Positions 47,729 through 57,253 of a stretch of 64,000 nt of DNA are shown in pieces; the stretch's first letter is position 1; each line of letters begins with the position of its first letter. The DNA lies in IMG/VR virus record IMGVR_UViG_3300034106_004008, positions 1 through 64,000 of that record; one strand, written 5' to 3'. Origin of the DNA: an uncultured virus (IMG/VR IMGVR_UViG_3300034106_004008) (lineage: Duplodnaviria; Heunggongvirae; Uroviricota; Caudoviricetes). Position numbers and translations under genes: made by a program. Under the pieces are notes generated by a model. That model searched no databases, was not told where the DNA came from, and worked only from the letters and a program-made list of their open reading frames with translations.

Positions 47729-48544
47729 TTATTTCTTTAATAACTCATACGCTCTGGCCATTCTGGTCATCCCGATTCCACCACCATATCTTGGGAAGAA
47801 ATTGTGCTTCAAGAATTCCTCAAGCTCAGCCTCAACCCTTTCTTTTCCGAATAACTCGAACAACTTGGCGCAATACGCACCGTTCTCAATAGCATAAAAC
47901 ATTTCTCTCATCTTCTCAACATCGCAGCTTCTCTCGGCGGATCCAATTGTTTCCTGTCCGTAAAGAATCACATCAACCTTGTTGAAAATCCCATCGTTAT
48001 TGTGTTTCATGTTCCAGAATGGATTTGTTCTGATTGGGAAGTGTTGTAATGAAACAACATTACCCTTTTCATTCCACATTCTGGATTCATGCTCATCCTC
48101 AAGAATTGGTACCCCACCGTATTCCTCACACACATCATCGTATTTAACTTGAACCATCTCATCACCAAATCCAAGATAAGCCAAAAGGTCGCCTTCCATT
48201 TTGATTAAATCCTCCATGGTTCCCTTTGACTCAAACTCAAACATTGGGAAGATAAGCTCATGCCTTCCTGGGATTGGGTTCTTTTCTTCTCTGTACGATG
48301 TTGATACGCAAAATACGCCATTCCATTCTGGATTCTTTAACAACTCATACTCAAGCCACATCTGTCCAGTCTGTGGCAACGGCCAGATCAAACCACCATA
48401 CTCGAACGTTTTAACCGAGTGTGGGTTCTCACAAGCCGCGAGAATTGATAATCTTGATTGTGTTGGCACTTCCTTGAATCCTCTTTCAAGAAAGAATTTG
48501 CGCATCTTCTGCACGAGTTCATTGTAAGTTTCTGTGTTTTTCAT
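47729..48544 (-). CDS. class II aaRS catalytic-domain paralog lacking anticodon domain; probable asparagine synthetase (AsnRS-like)
   Basis: PLPQTGQMWLE, motif 2 YREE..RH..F.MFEFE, ETIGSAER, motif 3 GGGIGMTR. Confidence 0.8.
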   Translation of the reverse strand: MKNTETYNELVQKMRKFFLERGFKEVPTQSRLSILAACENPHSVKTFEYGGLIWPLPQTGQMWLEYELLKNPEWNGVFCVSTSYREEKNPIPGRHELIFPMFEFESKGTMEDLIKMEGDLLAYLGFGDEMVQVKYDDVCEEYGGVPILEDEHESRMWNEKGNVVSLQHFPIRTNPFWNMKHNNDGIFNKVDVILYGQETIGSAERSCDVEKMREMFYAIENGAYCAKLFELFGKERVEAELEEFLKHNFFPRYGGGIGMTRMARAYELLKK

Positions 48545-48572
48545 TTGTTTTTTTTTGTTTAATTTTTGGCGC

Positions 48573-48602
48573 AAAAAAAAATCCTGTCAAATGACAGGAT
48601 TT
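48573..48602 (-). terminator. intrinsic terminator in leader of AsnRS-like gene
   Basis: 11-bp inverted repeat AAATCCTGTCA/TGACAGGATTT followed by U-run on -. Confidence 0.75.
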
Positions 48603-48652
48603 CCAATTACTATTTTATTATTATTGTTATTGTATTTTCTTCTGAATCTCAT
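48587..48652 (-). CDS. putative Asn-rich attenuator leader peptide MRFRRKYNNNNNKIVIGNPVI
   Basis: 21-aa ORF with five consecutive Asn codons; stop inside terminator hairpin. Confidence 0.55.
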   Translation of the reverse strand: MRFRRKYNNNNNKIVIGNPVI

Positions 48653-48831
48653 AGTTGTATCAAACCTTCTGTAACCAATAAATTATATGCTTTTTGCACA
48701 ACATCACTGTGATCTTTCACATGCGTTGTTTTGTAAATATAACCAACCTTTTCACGAAGTAAATCGATAAATCCGAGATCAAACGCTTGGTGGTAGATTT
48801 CTTCTGCTATTTCTTCGTTGGTCATCGACAT
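48649..48831 (-). CDS. hypothetical protein
   Basis: 60-aa ORF; TATTTTTG upstream. Confidence 0.65.
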   Translation of the reverse strand: MSMTNEEIAEEIYHQAFDLGFIDLLREKVGYIYKTTHVKDHSDVVQKAYNLLVTEGLIQL

Positions 48832-48918
48832 TATATTCTGATTATTTTACATATATATCACAAAAATAAGAAAAATTCATTTAAAAGAAAAATTTTTTCG
48901 CAACCGCCTTCGGCGGTT

Positions 48919-49632
48919 TTAGACCTCGGCATTTGGTGCGAATATTTCGTATTCGTCTTCTGACAAAATTAGATGGTAAGTACCACTCGGGTTGTACTTC
49001 ATAATCTCGTCCTCGTCCCTTATAAAATCCTGGTGAACACCGCCCGTTGATTTAAATATGATGTTCATAACTTTTGGATTCATAATGAATGTGTCATCGA
49101 CAGTTGTTTCAAAAATAACTGGGACATTCACAGCACTCTCGAATGATTTGCCCTGAAATGATGATGCGTAGAACAAGGATGCACTCCAACTACTAACTTC
49201 TCTTTTTGGGGTATACTGGTAGGGTGTTTTAAATTTAACCGCACCGTTATCCAAAACATCATGTTCTGGGTTTTCTTTTATGAATTTGGATAGCTCTGGT
49301 AATTTAACCGATGTTCCTCTGTAAACTTTTTCACCATACGGTGGGTTGAGAACCTCTGGAAAATATTTTTTTAGTTTAATTAAATCGGATATTGTTGATA
49401 CAACGCCCATCTCGGATTTTTCTGTTGATTGAAATGTCCAATCCTTTATTTTGTCAACCAGGTTATCCTCGTATGGGGTATTCTTTTCAATTGGTTTGTT
49501 TTGAATTTTTGCAATTATTGGATTTGAACCAAACAAAACATCACCAACCGATTTTTTAATTGATTGTGGAATGGTAACCTCGGATAAACCGATCATGGTT
49601 TTCATTCTTAATATCTGCTCGTTTAAATTCAT
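48919..49632 (-). CDS. ADP-ribosyltransferase (R-S-E type) with N-terminal LNE tag
   Basis: VYRG, SSWS, DEDE catalytic-type motifs. Confidence 0.7.
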   Translation of the reverse strand: MNLNEQILRMKTMIGLSEVTIPQSIKKSVGDVLFGSNPIIAKIQNKPIEKNTPYEDNLVDKIKDWTFQSTEKSEMGVVSTISDLIKLKKYFPEVLNPPYGEKVYRGTSVKLPELSKFIKENPEHDVLDNGAVKFKTPYQYTPKREVSSWSASLFYASSFQGKSFESAVNVPVIFETTVDDTFIMNPKVMNIIFKSTGGVHQDFIRDEDEIMKYNPSGTYHLILSEDEYEIFAPNAEV

Positions 49633-49695
49633 ATATAATATAAATATCTCGAGTTATTTTAAACTTTAATACTATTTATTGTAAAATATTAAATT

Positions 49696-50790
49696 ATGTC
49701 AGTTCCAGTAACTATACAATACGGTACCGCACCAACGATTGATCAATATCATAGAATTGGTAAATATTGCTATGGCCACATTAATGAAGGGTTTAATTTT
49801 CAAGACGGAAATTCAACGGGTCTTACTTGGAGACCAGGTTATCCTGCGGGTAATTTTGGTGGCGAAAAATATTATATCGTATCAAGAGGAAATGTAGAAG
49901 GTGTTGGCGGTGAGCCCACGATTCCAACATATCACGTCACTGGTAAAACCAATGCGGAAATTGTACACATAATTAATAGTTTGCATTCAATAAAAATTGA
50001 TGGCACGTATTATAGTGACGTGGATGTTGCCAAAAGATACGTTATTGAAAATGAAAATTTAAATCATTTTTTGGCTGATTTATCAAAATACAAATACGCT
50101 GACACCCCTAATTTAATGTTAAATATTGATTTCGGTAATCTTAATTGCGACATTCTTGAGACTAATTTAACAAAATGTTACGATTTGGTTCAAGCAACTG
50201 ATGGTGTAATAGAAAGATGGTTTACAAAAAATGTCGCTGGAAATATCTCCACATCAATACAAACCGCGGGCGATAATTCAACTTATAATAGAAGATTTAA
50301 TGCGGCAAATTTATACATAGATTTAGATTCATCCAATGCGGCTTCATATATAGCACCCCTTAATACTTCATCTGGTGAGTCTTTTATGTTTGCGTTGAGG
50401 CTCAGATTCACACCGCAGGCCAGTAATTCACCAGCAATAATTTATGCTGATGGGGGGATTACGAGACTTAGATATGATATTGCTACAAACGTATACCAAT
50501 TTACTATGGGTGCTGATACCGTATCAATGAGTGCACAAGTTAATACTTGGATAACCCTTATTTTTGGTAGAAACGATGCTGGTCAACTATTTATTGCTGA
50601 TGATAGTAATGAAAATTATGTACAACAAGTTGGAACAACTGAACTGATATTTGATAATATTTTCAGATTGGGCTTAACAGCTGGGGGTGATATAAGAATA
50701 GGTTCATTCCAATATTGGAAAGGGGGTAATTATGACGCAAATAAATGGAACGAAGTTCACAATTACCAAATGTTAAACAAATGGTCTTAA
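49696..50790 (+). CDS. putative structural protein, C-terminal beta-sandwich (LamG-like)
   Basis: G/N/T-rich composition; TATTTAT upstream. Confidence 0.5.
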   Translation: MSVPVTIQYGTAPTIDQYHRIGKYCYGHINEGFNFQDGNSTGLTWRPGYPAGNFGGEKYYIVSRGNVEGVGGEPTIPTYHVTGKTNAEIVHIINSLHSIKIDGTYYSDVDVAKRYVIENENLNHFLADLSKYKYADTPNLMLNIDFGNLNCDILETNLTKCYDLVQATDGVIERWFTKNVAGNISTSIQTAGDNSTYNRRFNAANLYIDLDSSNAASYIAPLNTSSGESFMFALRLRFTPQASNSPAIIYADGGITRLRYDIATNVYQFTMGADTVSMSAQVNTWITLIFGRNDAGQLFIADDSNENYVQQVGTTELIFDNIFRLGLTAGGDIRIGSFQYWKGGNYDANKWNEVHNYQMLNKWS

Positions 50791-50791
50791 A

Positions 50792-51409
50792 TTAAAAATT
50801 AATCAATTTTTTCATATTAATAATCGCCTCATCCAGGCGATTATTTTTATTTTCTGATATTGGGTTTGCTGGGCCACGATTTGTTCCAAAGTCATAAGCA
50901 CCAGTATTTGATATTGGATTTGCTTTTCCTCTGGTTGTACCAAATTCGTATTTACCAGTATTTGATATTGGATTTGCTTTTCCTTTTTTAACTCTATCTG
51001 GTACTGGACTATTTGAGGCTGATGTCCCACCACTTGAACCACTTGATGTGCTCGATGTGCTTGACGAATCCTCTTCATTAATCTTAGGATCCCTGTACAT
51101 ATCTTCCTTGTGTGTGAAATCACGATTATCACCTTTATTAAAAACAAAACCAAATCTCTGGTAGAAATCTTTCAATCTGTTCACATTTCCACCATAACTG
51201 CTTGATGGTGTTAATGTTAATTTATAACCGTGTTGATCAGCAAGACTTGTTAAATCGTTCATAAAAGAAGTACCAATACCAGTTCCACGCATGTTAGGTG
51301 GAACCATAAATCCAGTGAGATATATCCTTTTGTGCTTTTCATTTGGGTATAACTCAAACCTGATGTCTGGGTACTTTTGTTTTAATTCGTCTTCGATATG
51401 ATGATTCAT
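50792..51409 (-). CDS. GNAT acetyltransferase with C-terminal (K/R)G(K/P)ANPI repeats
   Basis: VPPNMRGTGIGTSFM acetyl-CoA motif, FYQRFGF; three ANPIS repeats. Confidence 0.8.
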   Translation of the reverse strand: MNHHIEDELKQKYPDIRFELYPNEKHKRIYLTGFMVPPNMRGTGIGTSFMNDLTSLADQHGYKLTLTPSSSYGGNVNRLKDFYQRFGFVFNKGDNRDFTHKEDMYRDPKINEEDSSSTSSTSSGSSGGTSASNSPVPDRVKKGKANPISNTGKYEFGTTRGKANPISNTGAYDFGTNRGPANPISENKNNRLDEAIINMKKLINF

Positions 51410-51529
51410 TGAAATGTGTTACTTAGATAAATATCCAGCGCAAATAAAAAAGGTCGGAGTAGCGAATTCCGACCTTAGTTTGTCCATAACCATGAACGAT
51501 CCTAAAATACCACTCTAAGGTGGAATATC

Positions 51530-51766
51530 TTAATAATCATCTAACTCTTCATTATCGTTCTCATCATATTCACCACCTTCGATGTTGTCCATAATCATAT
51601 CGATCTGGTCAATTGTTTCTGAGATGTAATCGACAATGTTTCTTTGTAATTCTTCTTGAAGATAAGATGATTTGGTTGATTCTAATAATTTCTCACTACG
51701 AGTTTCTAAAATTGAATTGAGTTCTTCTTTTAATGCTAAAAGTTGTTTTATGGTTTTTCCGTGCAT
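51530..51766 (-). CDS. acidic coiled-coil protein
   Basis: TATTTAT upstream. Confidence 0.65.
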   Translation of the reverse strand: MHGKTIKQLLALKEELNSILETRSEKLLESTKSSYLQEELQRNIVDYISETIDQIDMIMDNIEGGEYDENDNEELDDY

Positions 51767-51811
51767 TTATTTATTTTTGGAATAAATATATCACCGTTTA
51801 GTAAAAGATTT

Positions 51812-52009
51812 TTAATCAATTCTGATAAGGCACGATATTTTTCTATATTCTTTATTCTCAAACATTTCATAAATTTTGTGAGAAATCATATCCGAAAAAA
51901 TATAAGCATCAACTTTAGGAGAGAATAAAAGTTTTAAAGATTCAATACCATCTTGCTTGTAATGACTTTTTATCCTTTCAAAATCTATATGCCTTTTATT
52001 AAAACCCAT
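51812..52009 (-). CDS. hypothetical protein (MGFNKR)
   Basis: 65-aa ORF. Confidence 0.65.
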   Translation of the reverse strand: MGFNKRHIDFERIKSHYKQDGIESLKLLFSPKVDAYIFSDMISHKIYEMFENKEYRKISCLIRID

Positions 52010-52243
52010 TTTACCTGGAAATAGAAAAAACTTTCAAAAACTCTTTAAGAGATAATTTTTTTAACTCTGAAAAATATTTTGCCGCAGCTAGCCTTGAACC
52101 AATATTATTTAAAGTTTTAATCGGTTCTCTTTTTTTGTCATTTTTTGAATAAAAAAAATACGTCATAGTGGTAAGGTTTATTTATATGTAAATATACGAA
52201 ACTTTAATTAAAAGCAAACTATTTATCATTAAAATATCACATT

Positions 52244-53419
52244 ATGAGAAGTACTATGGATGTTGTTGAATATTACAAACCATACAGAGATGAAACGCCA
52301 TTTGAAATGGGTGGTGAGAAATGGGTGTATTGCTGGGGTAAATACCCAGACGGTAAAATTGATATAGCCGTTTACAGATATGCAACCGACTTGGCTTACG
52401 ATTATAATGATTTTAGAGTTGCCATGGGTATTGATAAAGATGAAAAAAGTTTACAGGAAGGTGTTGATCGAAAAGAAGCCCAATACTTAAAAAAGGGTGA
52501 TATAATTACCAGTGGTGAAGAAATAGTTTCAGTTTCAAGTGGGGCTAAAACGCCGAGTGGAAAAGTTGAGGTGACATTAAAAAACAAACAGGGTAAAATA
52601 AGAACATCAGTTTGGGGTAAAACCACCAAGATTGGTGTTAAAACCAATGACGATAAAAAAAATATAAATGAAAATATGGAAAATACAATTAACCAAAAAA
52701 TAGCTGAATTAAAAACAATTCAAACTCAATTAGATGAGGCGTTAAAAACTTATAAAGAATCAATAGCTGATTTGGAAACACAAAAAAGCGCTTTGGTTCC
52801 AGAGGTTATGGATGCATTTAAAGGTCAGACCCAAGGTGCCGAAAAACTAAAAATTTCAATAGATGAGATGTTGGTTGAAATAATCCAGGAATCTGAAAAA
52901 TTAACAACATCATATAAAGATGCGTTTGAGACTGCGTTAACAAAAGTTAACGAGAACACTAGAAAAGTTCTTGAACAAATTTTAGAAAACTCTAAAGTAG
53001 CCTCAAAGGTTAAAGGCCAATTAAAGATTGATGGTTCGAAAGTTTTTGAGGGTGTTGAAGAAATGTTCGGAAAAGTTAAACAGTGGTTGAGTAATGCTTA
53101 TAGCAGACTAACAGGTTTCACCAAAAACGCTCAAGATGGTGTTGATGAGATTGAAGCTATGATAAAAGATTACGAAGAACAAGAGACTAACAAATACGCT
53201 GTACCAAGTATGGATGATATTGAATCGGGCGCTGTAAGAGAAGACGGTACTTTTGCTGAAGGTGAAGATAAGCCAATGGAAGAGGGTGGTCAGGAAGAAG
53301 TTAAAGAAGAGGGTTCTTTTATGAAAATGAGAGCTGGTGCTGAAGGTAAAGTTTACGAAGAAGATGAGAAACTTAACGAGGCGATTAATAGATTTAAAAA
53401 GATTATTAATTACATTTAA
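52244..53419 (+). CDS. putative virion-internal multidomain protein with C-terminal LNEAINRFKKII tag
   Basis: internal LQE/INE sites, coiled coil; TATTTAT upstream. Confidence 0.75.
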   Translation: MRSTMDVVEYYKPYRDETPFEMGGEKWVYCWGKYPDGKIDIAVYRYATDLAYDYNDFRVAMGIDKDEKSLQEGVDRKEAQYLKKGDIITSGEEIVSVSSGAKTPSGKVEVTLKNKQGKIRTSVWGKTTKIGVKTNDDKKNINENMENTINQKIAELKTIQTQLDEALKTYKESIADLETQKSALVPEVMDAFKGQTQGAEKLKISIDEMLVEIIQESEKLTTSYKDAFETALTKVNENTRKVLEQILENSKVASKVKGQLKIDGSKVFEGVEEMFGKVKQWLSNAYSRLTGFTKNAQDGVDEIEAMIKDYEEQETNKYAVPSMDDIESGAVREDGTFAEGEDKPMEEGGQEEVKEEGSFMKMRAGAEGKVYEEDEKLNEAINRFKKIINYI

Positions 53420-53421
53420 TT

Positions 53422-53577
53422 ATGGCAGCTAAAAAAGGGGGATCAACTTCAAACGCAAAACTTTTTAGGTCTAACCCAAAAAGAAAAAGACCTGGCGTTC
53501 ACTCAAAAACAAAAGCAAGCAAACATAAGGCGTCAAAAAATTATAAAAAAAGGTACGCTGGACAGGGAAGAAGATAA
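53422..53577 (+). CDS. small highly basic protein (..KKRYAGQGRR)
   Basis: 51-aa K/R-rich ORF below track cutoff. Confidence 0.65.
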   Translation: MAAKKGGSTSNAKLFRSNPKRKRPGVHSKTKASKHKASKNYKKRYAGQGRR

Positions 53578-53602
53578 TAAATGGGGGTTTTTAACCCCCA
53601 TT

Positions 53603-54988
53603 TTAATTTTCGTACACTAGGAAGTATAATTCTTCTTTTGGTCTGGTAACAGCCACATAGTGGACATTTTTAGCTTCCTGATTAATCTCACCACTATTTG
53701 TTAAAAAACTATATTCTTCGAAATCATAGTCCGTTTCAGCCAACATATCAGGGTCGATTGAATTGATGATAATACATCTTGGGAATTCACGACCTTTACT
53801 TTTGTGAATACTAGTTACAAAAACATCTGATTCTTGATTTTCCTTAATAAAATTAATCAAATTAAAGGTGTTTCCGTAGTAAGGCGAAACCGAATCAATT
53901 TTTTTCTTTAATGATGGGTTAACTTTACCCTCATTAATCTTTTCAATGTCTTGAGGTGATATAAAATTAAAATAACGCATTTTAATTTTTTTCTTAAGGC
54001 ATTCTTTTTCAATTTCTTTTATCACATTGTTTGTTCTAGCCAATACCGTTAAAGGTTTGCCGTCATTCATCATGTTATACATCATAACATCGTTGATTAG
54101 ATTATCATGTATGTAGCCATCTTCTTCGTGATGTGGAACCGCTACTAGACTACTATATCGATTTGAGTTTTCAACTATTTTTTTTGTTGACCTGAAATTC
54201 TTGGTTAGTGTCATTTGAGTTACTGTTGAGTTTTTCATTAATAAATTCTCAATTTCTTCACAATTCGCACCAGAAAACCCATATATTGATTGGTTCTTAT
54301 CACCAATCAAATGATATTGCTTGGCTTTAATCGCCAATAGTATCTTCATTTGAAGTGTTGACGTGTCTTGGTATTCGTCAACGAAAATATAATCATACAA
54401 ATTCTCAAAATATCCTTTATATTTAGCATTTCTTGAATACTTCTCGGTATCAATTAACATATCAGAAAAATCTCGACTCTTAGTTTCTTTAATGAAAGCC
54501 GAATATTCATCATAAAAACTAGGTTTCATGACTTTGATGTTATCCGCATTTTGCAATTTATAAGCTGAAAACCCAGCGGATATCTGAGCACCCTCTTCGT
54601 AGAATCTATCTACATTTCTGGCGTAATCCATTTTAATTTTCATCGGATCCTTTGGGTGTGGTTTGTATTTGTCCTTATACCAGTTAGTAAACTCATAAAA
54701 GGTCACAATTGGCTTAAAAAGCCCCATTTTACCCAAAATTGAGCTTGTGAAGCTATGAATTGTGGTTATTTTAACGTCATGTTTTATCCTCGATCTTAGC
54801 TCATTAACAGCATCGTTCGTGAAACTAAAGAAGATAATTCGACTGGGATCGACTCCATCTTCAATCATTTTATTCAACCTACCAACAGTTGAGTGTGTTT
54901 TACCTGAACCAGCGGTTGCGGACAATATAACAGAATCGTTCCCGTTATAGTTAATAAATTTAAGTTGTTCCTCGGTGTATTTGCTCAT
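53603..54988 (-). CDS. UvrD/Rep-family SF1 helicase
   Basis: ATAGSGKT, FTN, VDEYQD, GDKNQSIYGF, NFRS, SIHKSKGREF, YVAVTRP. Confidence 0.93.
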   Translation of the reverse strand: MSKYTEEQLKFINYNGNDSVILSATAGSGKTHSTVGRLNKMIEDGVDPSRIIFFSFTNDAVNELRSRIKHDVKITTIHSFTSSILGKMGLFKPIVTFYEFTNWYKDKYKPHPKDPMKIKMDYARNVDRFYEEGAQISAGFSAYKLQNADNIKVMKPSFYDEYSAFIKETKSRDFSDMLIDTEKYSRNAKYKGYFENLYDYIFVDEYQDTSTLQMKILLAIKAKQYHLIGDKNQSIYGFSGANCEEIENLLMKNSTVTQMTLTKNFRSTKKIVENSNRYSSLVAVPHHEEDGYIHDNLINDVMMYNMMNDGKPLTVLARTNNVIKEIEKECLKKKIKMRYFNFISPQDIEKINEGKVNPSLKKKIDSVSPYYGNTFNLINFIKENQESDVFVTSIHKSKGREFPRCIIINSIDPDMLAETDYDFEEYSFLTNSGEINQEAKNVHYVAVTRPKEELYFLVYEN

Positions 54989-55058
54989 ATTCTACCTAAT
55001 TTTCTACAAAGGTATGAAAAAATTTGGTTATTACCAAACCTTTTATTAATTTTGTCCC

Positions 55059-55631
55059 ATGAGTTCAATTTTTACATACGATAATTATTTTACACCTTAT
55101 GTCAATAAGTTTGCTAAGGTGACCCTTGATACCGATAGACGCACAAAGTTAGCGACTGTTATTGGAAACCGCATAAAGGAGCGAGAAAAATCCAAAGGTA
55201 GAAAATTATTTGAGCAAGAAATTACGATTTATCGTAAAACTTACATGCAAACCGCAGGTGATTTGGTTTTAGAACAACATCTTGGTTTATACAATATAGT
55301 TGATTACGACAAAATTTTTGATGATAATCGAATTTCGTTTTTAAATCAAGCTGCACCCAAAAAAAATATAGATGTTGTCACATTCAATTATGGATTATTC
55401 CCTATGGTCTATAAAAAGACATATCGGAAATCGATTTTTATCTGTATGTTAAGTAAGACCGATTTTTATATATGTGGTGTGGGTACACCAAATATAATTG
55501 ATATGTATTCCAGATCTGACTTATTGGTTTCGGATTATTATAAAGCGAGGGGTAAATCTGGTTTTTACGGGTTTGAAAGATTAACACCAATATCTTCGAA
55601 TTTGGGTGACTTTATTGAACTTATATCGTAG
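55059..55631 (+). CDS. hypothetical protein (probably leaderless)
   Basis: 190-aa ORF; ATG 4 nt after TAATTTTG. Confidence 0.75.
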   Translation: MSSIFTYDNYFTPYVNKFAKVTLDTDRRTKLATVIGNRIKEREKSKGRKLFEQEITIYRKTYMQTAGDLVLEQHLGLYNIVDYDKIFDDNRISFLNQAAPKKNIDVVTFNYGLFPMVYKKTYRKSIFICMLSKTDFYICGVGTPNIIDMYSRSDLLVSDYYKARGKSGFYGFERLTPISSNLGDFIELIS

Positions 55632-55657
55632 TTGTTGATATTTATATGTAAAAAAGT

Positions 55658-56260
55658 ATGAAAAAAACATATAGAATATCTGAAACTCAATTTGCTGCCA
55701 TACTCAGTAAAAAACAAAAAGACAAACAATCTAACGAATCAGCTAATATGAATGAGGCTGACGCATCTAATAATGTTTTTAGAAACGAATTGAAAAGTGG
55801 TTCCGATATTGATCTAGATATCGATATGGAAGCTTTATTTAAAAACATAGCAAAACCAGGGACAAGGGGGGCAACTGTGATTGTGGATGGTGTTGAGTAT
55901 GACACATATATAACATTTCGTGGGGCCGTTGCCAACTATTCAATTGAAATAGAATACAGGTCATATGGTATTAAAGATGTTTATTTATCACCTATTAGTG
56001 TTTTGATTTATGGCTCATTGGAATTAACTGGTGATGATGATTCTTTTGAGAAAGACTTTGAATTAGAGTTCGATAGAAGTGGTTTAAAAACAAACACTTT
56101 AAGTGGGACTATGGATTTGGGTGGAAAAAATATTGAAATTCCATCAATGGATACTGAGGTTGTATTTGAATCTAATAGAACTTATGAAAGTGGCGATGCT
56201 TTTTATACTCAAGCCATCAGCGGTAGATTACAACCAAATAAAATTATTTTTGAATATTAA
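55658..56260 (+). CDS. putative virion protein (YRISE.Q N-terminus)
   Basis: TATTTAT upstream; N-terminus like 57254. Confidence 0.7.
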   Translation: MKKTYRISETQFAAILSKKQKDKQSNESANMNEADASNNVFRNELKSGSDIDLDIDMEALFKNIAKPGTRGATVIVDGVEYDTYITFRGAVANYSIEIEYRSYGIKDVYLSPISVLIYGSLELTGDDDSFEKDFELEFDRSGLKTNTLSGTMDLGGKNIEIPSMDTEVVFESNRTYESGDAFYTQAISGRLQPNKIIFEY

Positions 56261-56294
56261 TTGATTACATTTTAAAGCTTCATATATTTATATG

Positions 56295-57216
56295 AAAGCC
56301 TCGTGTGGCTATTAACCTTGGGTACTTGTTGCCCTTGAGTCGTGATGAGCGACAAAAAGGTTAGTATAATAAAAATAAAACGAGAAAAAAAATGTACACA
56401 ACAAACTATTCGTTCGGTTTAAACCCGAACCCAGAAGCCTACATCACAAAAGGCAAAAACAGAATCAAACAGCACGATGGTGTTGTTTATCTTGACAACC
56501 AAGATCAATTTGAGATCGAGGTATTTAATCCGAAAACAATTTCGGTTTTAGCGAAAATAAAATTAAACGGTAATTACATCTCAAACAGGGGCTTGGTTAT
56601 TAAACCTGGTCAAAGAATTCATTTGGATCGTTATTTCGATGATGCTAGAAAATTCTTATTTTCCACTTATATCGCAGATGGTGATGAGGATGTGATAAAA
56701 CAGGCCATTCAAAATAACGGATTGGTTGAAATCGAATTTTACGATGAAACGGTTTTATCTGGAATAGCATCAACAAGTTCTGGATTTGGTGGTTATCCGT
56801 GGAATCAACCTCCAGTTATTTATTACAATAACACAAACCCAAATCCAAACACAATAACGTGTTTTGATAACACAGCTAACTATTCAGCTGGTATTACGTA
56901 TACCTCAGATGTGGTTGGTGTTTCAGCTTCATTAAAATTAAACTCAAATAAAAGAAGTTTAACAAAAAGTATTGAAACTGGTCGTGTTGAAAAAGGCGAA
57001 AAATCAAACACTAAATTCAAAGATGTTAACATGGATTTTAGTTCATATGCAACACATTCAGTGACTTGGAAAATTTTACCGAACTCACAAAAGCCAATTG
57101 AGGTTGGTGAGTTAAGAAATTATTGCACAGGTTGTGGTGTTAGAATAAAAAAATCAAACTGGAAATTCTGCCCAACTTGCGGTAATCAATTACAATAAGC
57201 CGCCACACGAGGCTTT
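56295..57216. repeat. perfect 15-bp inverted repeat enclosing one gene
   Basis: AAAGCCTCGTGTGGC 56295-56309 / GCCACACGAGGCTTT 57202-57216. Confidence 0.85.
56392..57198 (+). CDS. conserved protein with C-terminal zinc ribbon
   Basis: ETGRVEKG motif; CTGC..CPTC. Confidence 0.8.
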   Translation: MYTTNYSFGLNPNPEAYITKGKNRIKQHDGVVYLDNQDQFEIEVFNPKTISVLAKIKLNGNYISNRGLVIKPGQRIHLDRYFDDARKFLFSTYIADGDEDVIKQAIQNNGLVEIEFYDETVLSGIASTSSGFGGYPWNQPPVIYYNNTNPNPNTITCFDNTANYSAGITYTSDVVGVSASLKLNSNKRSLTKSIETGRVEKGEKSNTKFKDVNMDFSSYATHSVTWKILPNSQKPIEVGELRNYCTGCGVRIKKSNWKFCPTCGNQLQ

Positions 57217-57253
57217 TATTATTATTTAAGATATTTATATTAAAATATAGATC

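Noticed and set aside
47729..48544. Functional asparaginyl- or lysyl-tRNA synthetase
   Set aside because: Only about 271 aa with no anticodon-binding domain
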